Shown piece by piece: positions 28,193 to 36,658 of a stretch of 64,000 bases of DNA (the stretch's first letter is position 1; every line of letters starts with the position of its first letter). The position numbers and the translations under genes were made by a program. The DNA is from a phage, in assembly GCA_024673055.1 (NCBI GenBank), contig GCA_024673055.1_4537.1; one strand, given 5' to 3'. The notes under the pieces are model-generated. The model was given only the letters and a program-made list of their open reading frames with translations, did not search any database and had not been told where the DNA came from.

Positions 28193-28795
28193 ATGACTGA
28201 TAAAATTTCCCTGAAAAAAGGCTCTAGCGAAAAAATTTCCCTGAAGAAAGTTGCTCCGGCTCTGAAAGAACTGCGCCTGGAATTCTCTTGGAAATCTGAT
28301 TCTAAACTGGATCTGGATGTAAGTGCACTGGTTTGTCGTCACAATGCCACTGGCAATCCTGAAATGCTGTCTGCACGTCACCTGGTTTGCTATGCTAACA
28401 AGTTTGATCCTGAACGTTCTACCTTCGCTGGTGACGATGTTCGTGATGGAACTGGCAGCATGGAGCAGATTGATATTACTCTGGCTAAAATCTCTCCTGA
28501 TGCACAAGAGATTGCCTTTGTTCTGACCATTGATGATGATACAGGTCTGAAACGTTTTGGTCATGCTTCTGAAGGTATGCTTAAAATCTTTGACTCCGAG
28601 CGCAATGTTGAAATTCTGGATTTTGACTTCCTGGCTCCTGAAGTAGCTGGCAACACAATCTGCCACGTGGCTTCCTTGGTTCGTGAAGATGGGGAATGGA
28701 AGCTGAAAGCATATGGTGTAGGTAAAGCTGGTCTGGATATTTGTGATGTGGTGATGGCCTTCGGTGGTAAAAAAGAATGGTATGAATGTCCATAA
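28193..28795 (+). CDS. terD: TerD-family protein
   Basis: Duplicated KISLKK leader, DLDVSAL, AGDDVRDGTGS, AFVLTIDDD, DGEWKLKAYGVG align to TerD-family blocks; CTG/CGT/GGT-dominated codon usage. Confidence 0.8.
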   Translation: MTDKISLKKGSSEKISLKKVAPALKELRLEFSWKSDSKLDLDVSALVCRHNATGNPEMLSARHLVCYANKFDPERSTFAGDDVRDGTGSMEQIDITLAKISPDAQEIAFVLTIDDDTGLKRFGHASEGMLKIFDSERNVEILDFDFLAPEVAGNTICHVASLVREDGEWKLKAYGVGKAGLDICDVVMAFGGKKEWYECP

Positions 28796-28813
28796 TAATT
28801 AACAAATGATTTT

Positions 28814-28836
28814 GAGGGGGAGAAATCCCCCTCTTG
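28814..28836 (+). terminator. Rho-independent terminator GAGGGGG-AGAAAT-CCCCCTC
   Basis: Hairpin after terD stop; T-run weak. Confidence 0.5.
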
Positions 28837-28862
28837 CAATAAAGCCTCTATCGTGTTATACT
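28834..28862 (+). promoter_or_regulatory. sigma70-like promoter TTGCAA-17-TATACT
   Basis: Direct reading upstream of the 28895 gene. Confidence 0.45.
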
Positions 28863-28894
28863 AGAAATTCGTTAACTTAAAAAGGAGGCAAAAT

Positions 28895-29416
28895 TTGCTG
28901 ATAAAAAACTTTGTAACAGTTGCGTTACTATCCTTAACTGCTTTTACATTTACACCTGTTGTGGCGAAAGCCGAAGCTGCAAACGTAAAAACCGCTAAAG
29001 TAGTTCACAAATGTACAAAGCAATATAATGATAAAATTCTATTAGCTTGTGCAATTTACGCAGAAGGTCGCGGTCTGGGTAAAAAAGGAATGAATGCCGT
29101 TGGGAATGTGGTAATCAACAGAAGAAATGATACCTACTTCCCTAACACAGTCAGAGGAGTCTTGTTCCAGAAAGGACAATTCTCATATGCGAAAACTTTT
29201 AACGTAACAGAGAAAGATAAGTGGCAGGAAGCAAAAGCAATAGCGGAGCGTTTACTTTATCTAGAGAAACATTTTCCTGAATTGCGGTCTGTTTTAGATG
29301 TTACTAAAGGTGCTCTATACTTCAAGAAACGGAATATAAAGACACACTGGGAACGTGATATGCGTCTTGTTTATCGAGATAAAGTGCATGGTTTCTATCT
29401 ACCAAAGGGGAGTTAA
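28895..29416 (+). CDS. SleB-like cell-wall hydrolase with signal peptide (candidate endolysin)
   Basis: AIYAEGRG...MNAVGNVVINR...FPNTVRGVLFQKGQFSY matches the SleB/Hydrolase_2 pattern; TTG start. Confidence 0.65.
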   Translation: MLIKNFVTVALLSLTAFTFTPVVAKAEAANVKTAKVVHKCTKQYNDKILLACAIYAEGRGLGKKGMNAVGNVVINRRNDTYFPNTVRGVLFQKGQFSYAKTFNVTEKDKWQEAKAIAERLLYLEKHFPELRSVLDVTKGALYFKKRNIKTHWERDMRLVYRDKVHGFYLPKGS

Positions 29417-29417
29417 A

Positions 29418-29702
29418 ATGCAAGAAGATAATACTGTTGTTGTAGCAAGTTACCTGGTTGTCGGTCTTACCGAAGAGGATGTATACTACACCCGTAAGCA
29501 TTTAGAAGCATACGCTACTTTGTTTATGGAAGATGAAAAGGATGTAGATAAATATAGCATTGATATGATCAACGACAGTATTTATCCTTGTATGGTTCTT
29601 AAAGTAGATGCTGTGTTGTGGGAGCGTTTTGCAAGGACTCATGATGCTGTAGAATGCTCCGCAGTAATGTCTCAAAACAACATTTTAGGGGAGATTCATT
29701 GA
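29418..29702 (+). CDS. hypothetical protein (94 aa)
   Basis: ATG at 29418 (track ORF starts upstream at 29355). Confidence 0.4.
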   Translation: MQEDNTVVVASYLVVGLTEEDVYYTRKHLEAYATLFMEDEKDVDKYSIDMINDSIYPCMVLKVDAVLWERFARTHDAVECSAVMSQNNILGEIH

Positions 29703-29932
29703 TGGGAGAAGTCATTGAAGTCAATTTTCGCACTAAACAGAAAGTGCAAAAATATGTCGTTATTAAAAACATTTGCGTTGTCTGCTTCAATACAGTAATA
29801 TACGACTCACGACGCGGAGAAAACGAAAATGAACCTTACATTGAAATTTCTAAGAACAAAGGTCAATGTATTTGTAAGAACTGTGCAGTAGCTATTAAGG
29901 AGGTTGTAAATGAAAACGCTTGGGACCAATGA
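29702..29932 (+). CDS. small Cys-containing protein (76 aa)
   Basis: ATG overlapping previous stop (TGATG); CVVCF...CICKNC. Confidence 0.4.
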   Translation: MGEVIEVNFRTKQKVQKYVVIKNICVVCFNTVIYDSRRGENENEPYIEISKNKGQCICKNCAVAIKEVVNENAWDQ

Positions 29933-30101
29933 AACTGGCGAAATCTCTCTTCAAGAAGTGACAAACGACAAACTGATTAAGCTACGAGACGTAGCTCGTG
30001 ACCATCTTCAAGAATCTTTTAAAGAATACATGGAAGCACGAGATCGTGTCATCCAAATCCAACAGGAAATGATTAAACGCGGGATTGTAGCCGACAGTTA
30101 A
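29910..30101 (+). CDS. hypothetical protein (63 aa)
   Basis: ORF. Confidence 0.35.
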   Translation: MKTLGTNETGEISLQEVTNDKLIKLRDVARDHLQESFKEYMEARDRVIQIQQEMIKRGIVADS

Positions 30102-30117
30102 TATAACGGAGGGGAGA

Positions 30118-30681
30118 ATGATTTATTATATTACTCCCTATCTGACAGGAAATATCGGCAAGGCTATCAATGAAGCCATTGCCGTTCTTCCAGATGATAG
30201 TTGGGTGTGTTTAAGAGATACCGATACAATGTTCCTCCTACCTGATCAACCATCTATGCTTGAAGAGCTTGTTATGTCAAACCCGCCTTTTGATGTAATA
30301 GGTGCAACTTGTAACAGGTTAGGCAGTGGTTATCAGCTTTTCTCTAACCAAATTAACGATGATCCAGATATTCTAAACCATATAGAATATGCTAAGATTG
30401 CAAAAGAATATCATAAAGTGAGTGTTGAAGAAGTTCCTTTCGGAACACCTCTGGCAGGTTTCTTTTTGCTTTTTAGAAAATCATTGTGGAATGAAATTCC
30501 TTTCGAAGAAAAATCTATCCAATTCGACTTAATTTTCTCTCGCACTTTACATGAAAAAGGAAAGAGGTTAGGATTGATGCGGGGAATGTATCTGTTTCAC
30601 ATTTACAGATTAGGTCAAACAAATCCTCAACGGTCTATACATCATTTATTACACTGTCACGATCACAGTAAAACTATTTAG
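30118..30681 (+). CDS. hypothetical protein, possibly glycosyltransferase-like
   Basis: LRDTDTMF (DxD-like); weak. Confidence 0.4.
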   Translation: MIYYITPYLTGNIGKAINEAIAVLPDDSWVCLRDTDTMFLLPDQPSMLEELVMSNPPFDVIGATCNRLGSGYQLFSNQINDDPDILNHIEYAKIAKEYHKVSVEEVPFGTPLAGFFLLFRKSLWNEIPFEEKSIQFDLIFSRTLHEKGKRLGLMRGMYLFHIYRLGQTNPQRSIHHLLHCHDHSKTI

Positions 30682-30689
30682 GAGAGAAA

Positions 30690-31373
30690 ATGGAAAATAT
30701 TAAAATCGGAGTGGGTGTTATCACTGTAGGTGTCCGTCCACTTAAAGACTACCTTGTAACAGATCCACGTGCAGATTTTCGAGTATTCAACGATCCAGAC
30801 CGTAAAGGTGTAGCTTATGCCAGGAATGAACTTATGCACCAGTTTTATGAAGAAGGTTATGATTATTGGTTTATTTTTGACGACGATTGCTACCCAGTCA
30901 TGGAAGGATGGGAAACATACTTTGTAGATCAAGCTGTTTCTGGAGGATGGGATTTCTTTGGTATGCCGGAGTACTTCAAAGATAAAGTTGTTGGAAGCAA
31001 AGGAGAAGTTATTCTCTGGGAACTTGCAATGTGTCAATTTGCAATGTATTCTCGTGCCGTTGTTGAGAAGATGGGTTATTTCCGCCCTTACACTCACGGT
31101 TATGGTTTTGAAGATGCCGAATGGGGACACCGTTTGAAAGCTGCTGGTTTGAATCATGGTATTCAGGCAACACCTTGTCCACTTCGTATCATGGCTTATA
31201 TCCACCCAGACGATGTTTTTGGAAACAATCCTATGCCTTTTGCTAATCTGACAAAAGAAGAGAAAGAAGCTGCTATCGGGATTAACTGGGAAGAATATAA
31301 AGCATCTTTAGAGGATATTAAAAATGGGAAAATCCGAATTTCCTATGAGGAGGCACTGGCACATGTCAAATAA
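30690..31373 (+). CDS. GT-A fold glycosyltransferase-like protein
   Basis: FIFDDDCYP (DxD), YGFEDAEWGHRL. Confidence 0.55.
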   Translation: MENIKIGVGVITVGVRPLKDYLVTDPRADFRVFNDPDRKGVAYARNELMHQFYEEGYDYWFIFDDDCYPVMEGWETYFVDQAVSGGWDFFGMPEYFKDKVVGSKGEVILWELAMCQFAMYSRAVVEKMGYFRPYTHGYGFEDAEWGHRLKAAGLNHGIQATPCPLRIMAYIHPDDVFGNNPMPFANLTKEEKEAAIGINWEEYKASLEDIKNGKIRISYEEALAHVK

Positions 31374-32310
31374 AAAATGGTCTAAACTAAAAATTGATGC
31401 GAAACCTCACAGCGGTTGTGACTATCATCGTATTGTTATGCCACTTAACAACCATAATCTTCAACCTAAGAAAGATGTTGTTGTGTTTAACCGTATCCAC
31501 TCTAAAGGTGCAGAATACGTTTTATCTTTGAAACGTCAAGGTGTTAAGATTGTTGTAGATTTAGATGATTTCTACCAACTTAATCCAGAACATTATTTAG
31601 CAAGTCTATACGAGTCAAACACTCATACTATTGTAGCTATGGTTAAGCTTGCTGATGTGGTTATTGTGACTACAGAATATTTGGCATATAAGATCCGTCA
31701 CTTAAATAGGAATGTTGTTGTGATCCGAAATGCACTTCCTTTTGATAGTGGACAATTCACTTTGTCAAATGATCGTTCATCCGGTACCCCTGTTGTATGG
31801 GCTGGAGGTGCTAGTCACGAACCAGATTTACGACTAGTCTCTAATACTTTCGATGATGAGCTTCTTACTATTGCGGGATATGAAGCATCGCAGAGCATCA
31901 CGGGACAAGAGTGGATTAAGATTCGCAGAAATTTACCAAATGCTAAATATAAAGCTGCTGTAAAAGATTTAGATAATTACATGAGTGTTTACGAAAGTCA
32001 TGCTATTGCTATAGCTCCTTTGGTAGATAATGATTTTAATAATTGTAAAAGTAATCTCAAAATCCTAGAAGCTGGAGCAAAGGGTATTCCGATTGTTTGT
32101 TCTAAGGTATTACCTTATTTTAACCCTGTAGATGCTCGTGCTGTTGCTTACGCAGAGAACAAAGCAGAATGGCATTACGAAATTGTTAAGCTTCTTCGCA
32201 ATCCAAACTATCGGGAAGATCGTGGCTTGTTCTTGGCTGAACATGTTCGAACACATTATAATCTGGCAGATGCAAATGAGTTGCGACGCCAGGTTATTGA
32301 AAGTTTGTAG
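31363..32310 (+). CDS. GT-B fold glycosyltransferase-like protein, paralog 1
   Basis: SNLKILEAGAKGIPIVCS resembles GT4-type E-A-x-A-x-G-x-P motif; ATG at 31363 after GAGGAGG. Confidence 0.55.
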   Translation: MSNKKWSKLKIDAKPHSGCDYHRIVMPLNNHNLQPKKDVVVFNRIHSKGAEYVLSLKRQGVKIVVDLDDFYQLNPEHYLASLYESNTHTIVAMVKLADVVIVTTEYLAYKIRHLNRNVVVIRNALPFDSGQFTLSNDRSSGTPVVWAGGASHEPDLRLVSNTFDDELLTIAGYEASQSITGQEWIKIRRNLPNAKYKAAVKDLDNYMSVYESHAIAIAPLVDNDFNNCKSNLKILEAGAKGIPIVCSKVLPYFNPVDARAVAYAENKAEWHYEIVKLLRNPNYREDRGLFLAEHVRTHYNLADANELRRQVIESL

Positions 32311-32317
32311 GTGAAGT

Positions 32318-33262
32318 ATGGGACAAATAATTCTTGACAATCGTAACGGAATCAATTATAGTGTCTGCGATTTCCATAGGGTAGTGCTGCCTTACTCAAG
32401 GCAGTTCTCTTCACAACCTAAATACAACGTTTTCGTTTTTAACGGAGTGCCAACAAAAGGTAAAGAGGGCTTTTTAGCCCTTAAAAACCTAGGCTTTAAA
32501 ATGGTTATGGATTTGGATGACTCTTTAGTTATTCCAAAAGGACACATGTTAGAAGGTATTTTTGAATCAGGTATTCGTGAACATTTAAAATGGTTTTTAG
32601 AGCACAGCGATCTTGTTACAACTACGACACCTGCTTTGCAAGTTGAACTTTCACAATACAATGATAATGTGCACATAATCCCTAATGGACTTCCTTACGA
32701 TGAAGGTCAATTTGTGTTGACCCGTGATCGCTACTCCAAAACTCCATTAGTCTGGGCTGGAAGTGAAACACATAAACAAGATTTGGCTATCTTACCTGAT
32801 TTTGGTAAAGATCTTACAATATGTGGTTTTCGTAGGGATTCTGAAGTTTTAAGTAGTCGTGAATGGTCTGTAATCAGAGAAAATGTAGCACCAACTTGTG
32901 TTTATGAAGGTGTAAGACCATATGCCAACTACATGGAATCTTACGATGGTCATCAAATCAGTCTTGCGCCATTGATTGATAACGTGTTTAATAATGCAAA
33001 AAGCAATCTTAAAATTCTTGAGGCAGGTGCTAAGGGTTTACCTTTGATCTGTTCTCCTCGTGAGAATTATCATACGCAAGAGTTTAAAGATTTGTTATTC
33101 TTTGCTGAAACACCTTCCGAGTGGAAAGATATTACGGAATACTTATTAAGTGCTCCCGATGTTTGCATGGAGAAAGGATTAGCATTAGCTAAGTATGTCA
33201 GGACTCATTATCACATTGATGTGTTGAATGAGCGTCGTAGACTTTTATTTGAGGAGCTATAA
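32318..33262 (+). CDS. GT-B fold glycosyltransferase-like protein, paralog 2
   Basis: Collinear similarity to 31363-32310 (VVFN..., DLDD, SNLKILEAGAKGLPLICS, YVRTHY). Confidence 0.55.
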   Translation: MGQIILDNRNGINYSVCDFHRVVLPYSRQFSSQPKYNVFVFNGVPTKGKEGFLALKNLGFKMVMDLDDSLVIPKGHMLEGIFESGIREHLKWFLEHSDLVTTTTPALQVELSQYNDNVHIIPNGLPYDEGQFVLTRDRYSKTPLVWAGSETHKQDLAILPDFGKDLTICGFRRDSEVLSSREWSVIRENVAPTCVYEGVRPYANYMESYDGHQISLAPLIDNVFNNAKSNLKILEAGAKGLPLICSPRENYHTQEFKDLLFFAETPSEWKDITEYLLSAPDVCMEKGLALAKYVRTHYHIDVLNERRRLLFEEL

Positions 33263-33540
33263 TGATTAACACTTTTGATTTTGAATACACCACTCGTAAC
33301 GGGAAAGCTTTAGTCGTGGAGGTGGATTACTATTATGAAGAGCCTAACCCGCTTTCTCGTGAAAGTGATTGGGATTACCACGGAGGGCTTTTAATTGACG
33401 GTATTCGTTTTTACGAAGGCTCTACAGAAGTTTTTGAAAAAGATTTAAATGTAACTGTAGCAGAAATTGCTTTCCAATTTAGAAAGCACATGGAAGAACT
33501 AGAAGCAGAATATATGATGGAGACTAACGAACCATTTTAA
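33262..33540 (+). CDS. hypothetical protein (92 aa)
   Basis: ORF, start overlaps previous stop. Confidence 0.45.
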   Translation: MINTFDFEYTTRNGKALVVEVDYYYEEPNPLSRESDWDYHGGLLIDGIRFYEGSTEVFEKDLNVTVAEIAFQFRKHMEELEAEYMMETNEPF

Positions 33541-33552
33541 CAGGAGAACAAA

Positions 33553-35331
33553 GTGTCGCACATTATAACTAAATATGGATTTGATGTTGATCTTAGCAAG
33601 GAAGGGCATACAGGTTGTCCGCGCTGCATGAAAAATGGCAAGGATCGCTCTCGTAATAACCTGATGGTTTATGGATTAGATTCTAATGGAGAGCATAAAG
33701 GTGCTAAGTGCTTTGCGTGTGAATACACTATTCCTAGCGTAGAATGGTTACGAGAAAATGGTGAAGTTTTAGAAGAAGAGGAGGAGATTGTGGGTTCGGA
33801 ATTTAATAAACAGATTCATCGTAAAATTGTTCAAGAAACATCAACCAACCCACGTGGTTATCGAGGCATTAAAGAAAAAGTTTCATCTTTCTATGGTGTT
33901 CGTTATGAATACCGTCAGGAAGGGGATCAGATGGTAGTAGAAAGTTGTTTATATCCAACTACTATCGGTAAAGAATTGGTTGGTTTTAAGCGTCGTATTC
34001 ATCCTAAAGATTTCAGTAAACCTATTGGTCAAGTAGGTAAAGATGTAGATCTTTTTGGACAAATTCGTTTTGCAGACCGTTCTCATACTGTGGTAATTAC
34101 AGGTGGTGAACACGATGCTCTGGCAGCTTATCAAATGCTGTCTGAAAACTTGGACAACAAATATGAACTTCCAGCAGTAGTTAGTGGCACAACTGGTGAA
34201 ACCAGTATGTATAAACAAGTTCAGGCACAATATCCTTTTTTTGAAAAATTTAAGAAGATTATTGTTTGCATGGATAATGACAAAGCAGGTAATGAGGCAT
34301 TTGAAAATATTGTTAAGGTGCTGCCTCGTAACAAAGTCTACCGTATGCAGATGGATCTTAAGGATGCCAATCAGTATCTGGAAGAAGGTCGTGCAAAGGA
34401 TTTCGTAAAAGCTTTTTGGAGTGCTCGTCTATACACCCCAGCAGGTGTTTATGCTTCTAATGTCTTGTATGAAGCTGCATTAGAATGCTTGGAATCCAAG
34501 ATGATTACCTTGCCTCCTTTTATGCGTGTTGCTGCAAATATGCTGGGTGGTGGTTTAGTAGAGGAAGAGATTACAGTCATCCTGGCAAAGACCAGTATCG
34601 GTAAAACTTTGATGGTGAACGAGATCACCAAACATATTATTGTTGCGCACCCAGAACATACCCTAGGTATTCTGTCCTTGGAAGCAACTTATAAGAAATA
34701 TTCTCGTAACCTGTTGTCCTCGTTCCTGCATATTCCTCTACACAGGAAAACACCGGAAGAGAAATTTCAAATCTTGGAAGAGAATAAAGAAAAAATCCTA
34801 GATTTTTACGAAAGAGAAGATGGATCACCACGTTTTTATGTATGTGATGATCGTGGAGCAGATGTGGAGTCTATCAAAGAAAAAGTTTTGGAGATGATCA
34901 TCTATTTTGGAGTAACAATTCTTGTTATCGACCCTTATTCTGATTTGCTTTCTGGTATGGATGTTCAAGCCCAGGAAGAGTTAGCAACATGGTTGAAGCG
35001 CATCATGAAAGAGTATGCTATAACTATTATCGTCATCTCACACGTTAAGAAATCGGCTAATGGTGGCAATGAACACTTAACAGAGGACGATGCAATGGGT
35101 AGTAGTTTCTTGGCTAAAGGTGCTGGTATTACCTTGGCTTTGGAACGAGATAAAGCCGCTGAAGACCCTGTAGAACGCAATACGACTCATTGCTTTATCC
35201 TAAAAAACCGTGAGTTTTCGGAAACTGGTCCGGCAGGGCAGTTTTACTATGACATTAGAACTGCAACTCTGCATGACAAAGAGCAGTATTTCAACAATCC
35301 TGCTAATTTGCCTACGGATAGCAACTATTAA
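33553..35331 (+). CDS. bifunctional DNA primase-helicase (T7 gp4-like)
   Basis: N-terminal zinc ribbon CPRC...CFAC, TOPRIM-like VVITGGEHD/CMDNDKAG, Walker A AKTSIGKT, Walker B LVIDPYSD; GTG start. Confidence 0.85.
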   Translation: MSHIITKYGFDVDLSKEGHTGCPRCMKNGKDRSRNNLMVYGLDSNGEHKGAKCFACEYTIPSVEWLRENGEVLEEEEEIVGSEFNKQIHRKIVQETSTNPRGYRGIKEKVSSFYGVRYEYRQEGDQMVVESCLYPTTIGKELVGFKRRIHPKDFSKPIGQVGKDVDLFGQIRFADRSHTVVITGGEHDALAAYQMLSENLDNKYELPAVVSGTTGETSMYKQVQAQYPFFEKFKKIIVCMDNDKAGNEAFENIVKVLPRNKVYRMQMDLKDANQYLEEGRAKDFVKAFWSARLYTPAGVYASNVLYEAALECLESKMITLPPFMRVAANMLGGGLVEEEITVILAKTSIGKTLMVNEITKHIIVAHPEHTLGILSLEATYKKYSRNLLSSFLHIPLHRKTPEEKFQILEENKEKILDFYEREDGSPRFYVCDDRGADVESIKEKVLEMIIYFGVTILVIDPYSDLLSGMDVQAQEELATWLKRIMKEYAITIIVISHVKKSANGGNEHLTEDDAMGSSFLAKGAGITLALERDKAAEDPVERNTTHCFILKNREFSETGPAGQFYYDIRTATLHDKEQYFNNPANLPTDSNY

Positions 35332-35350
35332 GGGCTTCGGCCCTTTTATT
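35331..35350 (+). terminator. Rho-independent terminator GGGC-TTCG-GCCC + TTTTATT
   Basis: Hairpin immediately after primase-helicase stop. Confidence 0.5.
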
Positions 35351-35361
35351 AAAAATACCTG

Positions 35362-35390
35362 TTGACAACTTTACGGAAGGGACTTATACT
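35362..35390 (+). promoter_or_regulatory. strong sigma70-like promoter TTGACA-17-TATACT
   Basis: Near-consensus hexamers. Confidence 0.5.
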
Positions 35391-35422
35391 TGTCTCATCA
35401 ACCAAACAAGAGGAGAAGTAAA

Positions 35423-35854
35423 ATGCGTATGACAATCGATCTGAATGCAAAAGTTAAAGCTGCTGGTGCTCTGGGTGCTGGTGTTATTAAACACAAACAA
35501 GCGTTGGCATTTGCCATCCCACATATGATTGTTGAGGATCATCCTGAAGAGTTTGCTGTAAAAGTTGTTGAGAATAATGTCTCTGTTATTGAACATCTTC
35601 CAACTGGACGTTCTTACCGTGTTGTTTCTTCTAAAGGTTTCCGTTTCGATGTAAGCCCTTCTTTCACAAAAGGTGCTGGTCGTAGTAAAGTGGGTATTCT
35701 TTCTTACAAATATTATATCGATAAAGTTGCAGATGGTGTTGCCTTCTGTCGTGTAAGTGAAGGTAAAGTAGATATCATCTTTAAAAATACCAAAAACATG
35801 GTTATTTCTGACGATGGTAAAGTTGACCTCACTATTGAGTTCGCTAACAACTAA
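35423..35854 (+). CDS. hypothetical protein, likely highly expressed (143 aa)
   Basis: ATG at 35423 after AGGAGAAG; CTG/CGT/GGT-rich codon usage. Confidence 0.55.
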   Translation: MRMTIDLNAKVKAAGALGAGVIKHKQALAFAIPHMIVEDHPEEFAVKVVENNVSVIEHLPTGRSYRVVSSKGFRFDVSPSFTKGAGRSKVGILSYKYYIDKVADGVAFCRVSEGKVDIIFKNTKNMVISDDGKVDLTIEFANN

Positions 35855-35863
35855 GGAGGACTA

Positions 35864-36658
35864 TTGAGCAAGTTGAACACACTTGATCAATATTACACTA
35901 ACCCCGCTTATGCGGGGTTCTTATGTGATAAGATCAAAGAAATTTTTGGAGAGGAAGCTAACTACGTAGAACCATCTGCGGGAGAAGGAGCTTTCTCTTC
36001 TTGTTTTAAAAACATAACTTCTTTTGATATTGACCCTAAGTTTGAAGATTGTATTGAGGCAGATTTTTTAGCTCAATCTGTTGAGTCTGTTGGTAGTGTA
36101 ACTGCTTTTGTCGGTAATCCCCCGTTTGGAAAAAATGCTAGTCTTGCCATTAAGTTCTTTAACCATTGTGCTGAAATGTTGGATAACGAAGGTGGTATTT
36201 GTTTTATCTTGCCTCGCACATTTCAAAAAATCTTTTTTGCACACAAACTAAATCCCCACATGCATCTTCTTTACGAAGAAGAATGTCCAAAAGGATCTTT
36301 TATTCTTCATGGAGAACCTTGGGATGTTCCTTGCGTATTCCAGATATGGATTAAACGCAATGAGAAGCGTTCTCCCGTTGTTTTAGGAGAGAATCGACTG
36401 TTCGTATTAGGTAACAGTAAAGACTACGATATAGCCGTTAGGAGAGCGGGAGCAAGTGCAGGTAAAGTGTTATCAGAAGAAGATTCTTTATCTGAAGCAT
36501 CCACCTATTTTTTAAAAGCCTTGACTTCTGATCTTAAAACGCGTATCATTGAGGCTTACCCGTTACTTAAAGCTGAAGCTAGTAAAACTGCGGGAGTAAG
36601 AAGTTTAAGTTTAAAAGAACTTCAGTGGGTTCTGGAGAACATTAGAAAGGAGGAATAG
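35864..36658 (+). CDS. SAM-dependent N6-adenine/N4-cytosine-type methyltransferase (orphan)
   Basis: Motif I EPSAGEGAF, motif IV NPPF; TTG start after GGAGGA. Confidence 0.55.
   Translation: MSKLNTLDQYYTNPAYAGFLCDKIKEIFGEEANYVEPSAGEGAFSSCFKNITSFDIDPKFEDCIEADFLAQSVESVGSVTAFVGNPPFGKNASLAIKFFNHCAEMLDNEGGICFILPRTFQKIFFAHKLNPHMHLLYEEECPKGSFILHGEPWDVPCVFQIWIKRNEKRSPVVLGENRLFVLGNSKDYDIAVRRAGASAGKVLSEEDSLSEASTYFLKALTSDLKTRIIEAYPLLKAEASKTAGVRSLSLKELQWVLENIRKEE

Noticed and set aside
31324-31362. Upstream start of the GT-B gene as given in the ORF track
   Set aside because: It would overlap the preceding gene by about 50 nt; the ATG at 31363 has a GAGGAGG RBS and aligns with the paralog start
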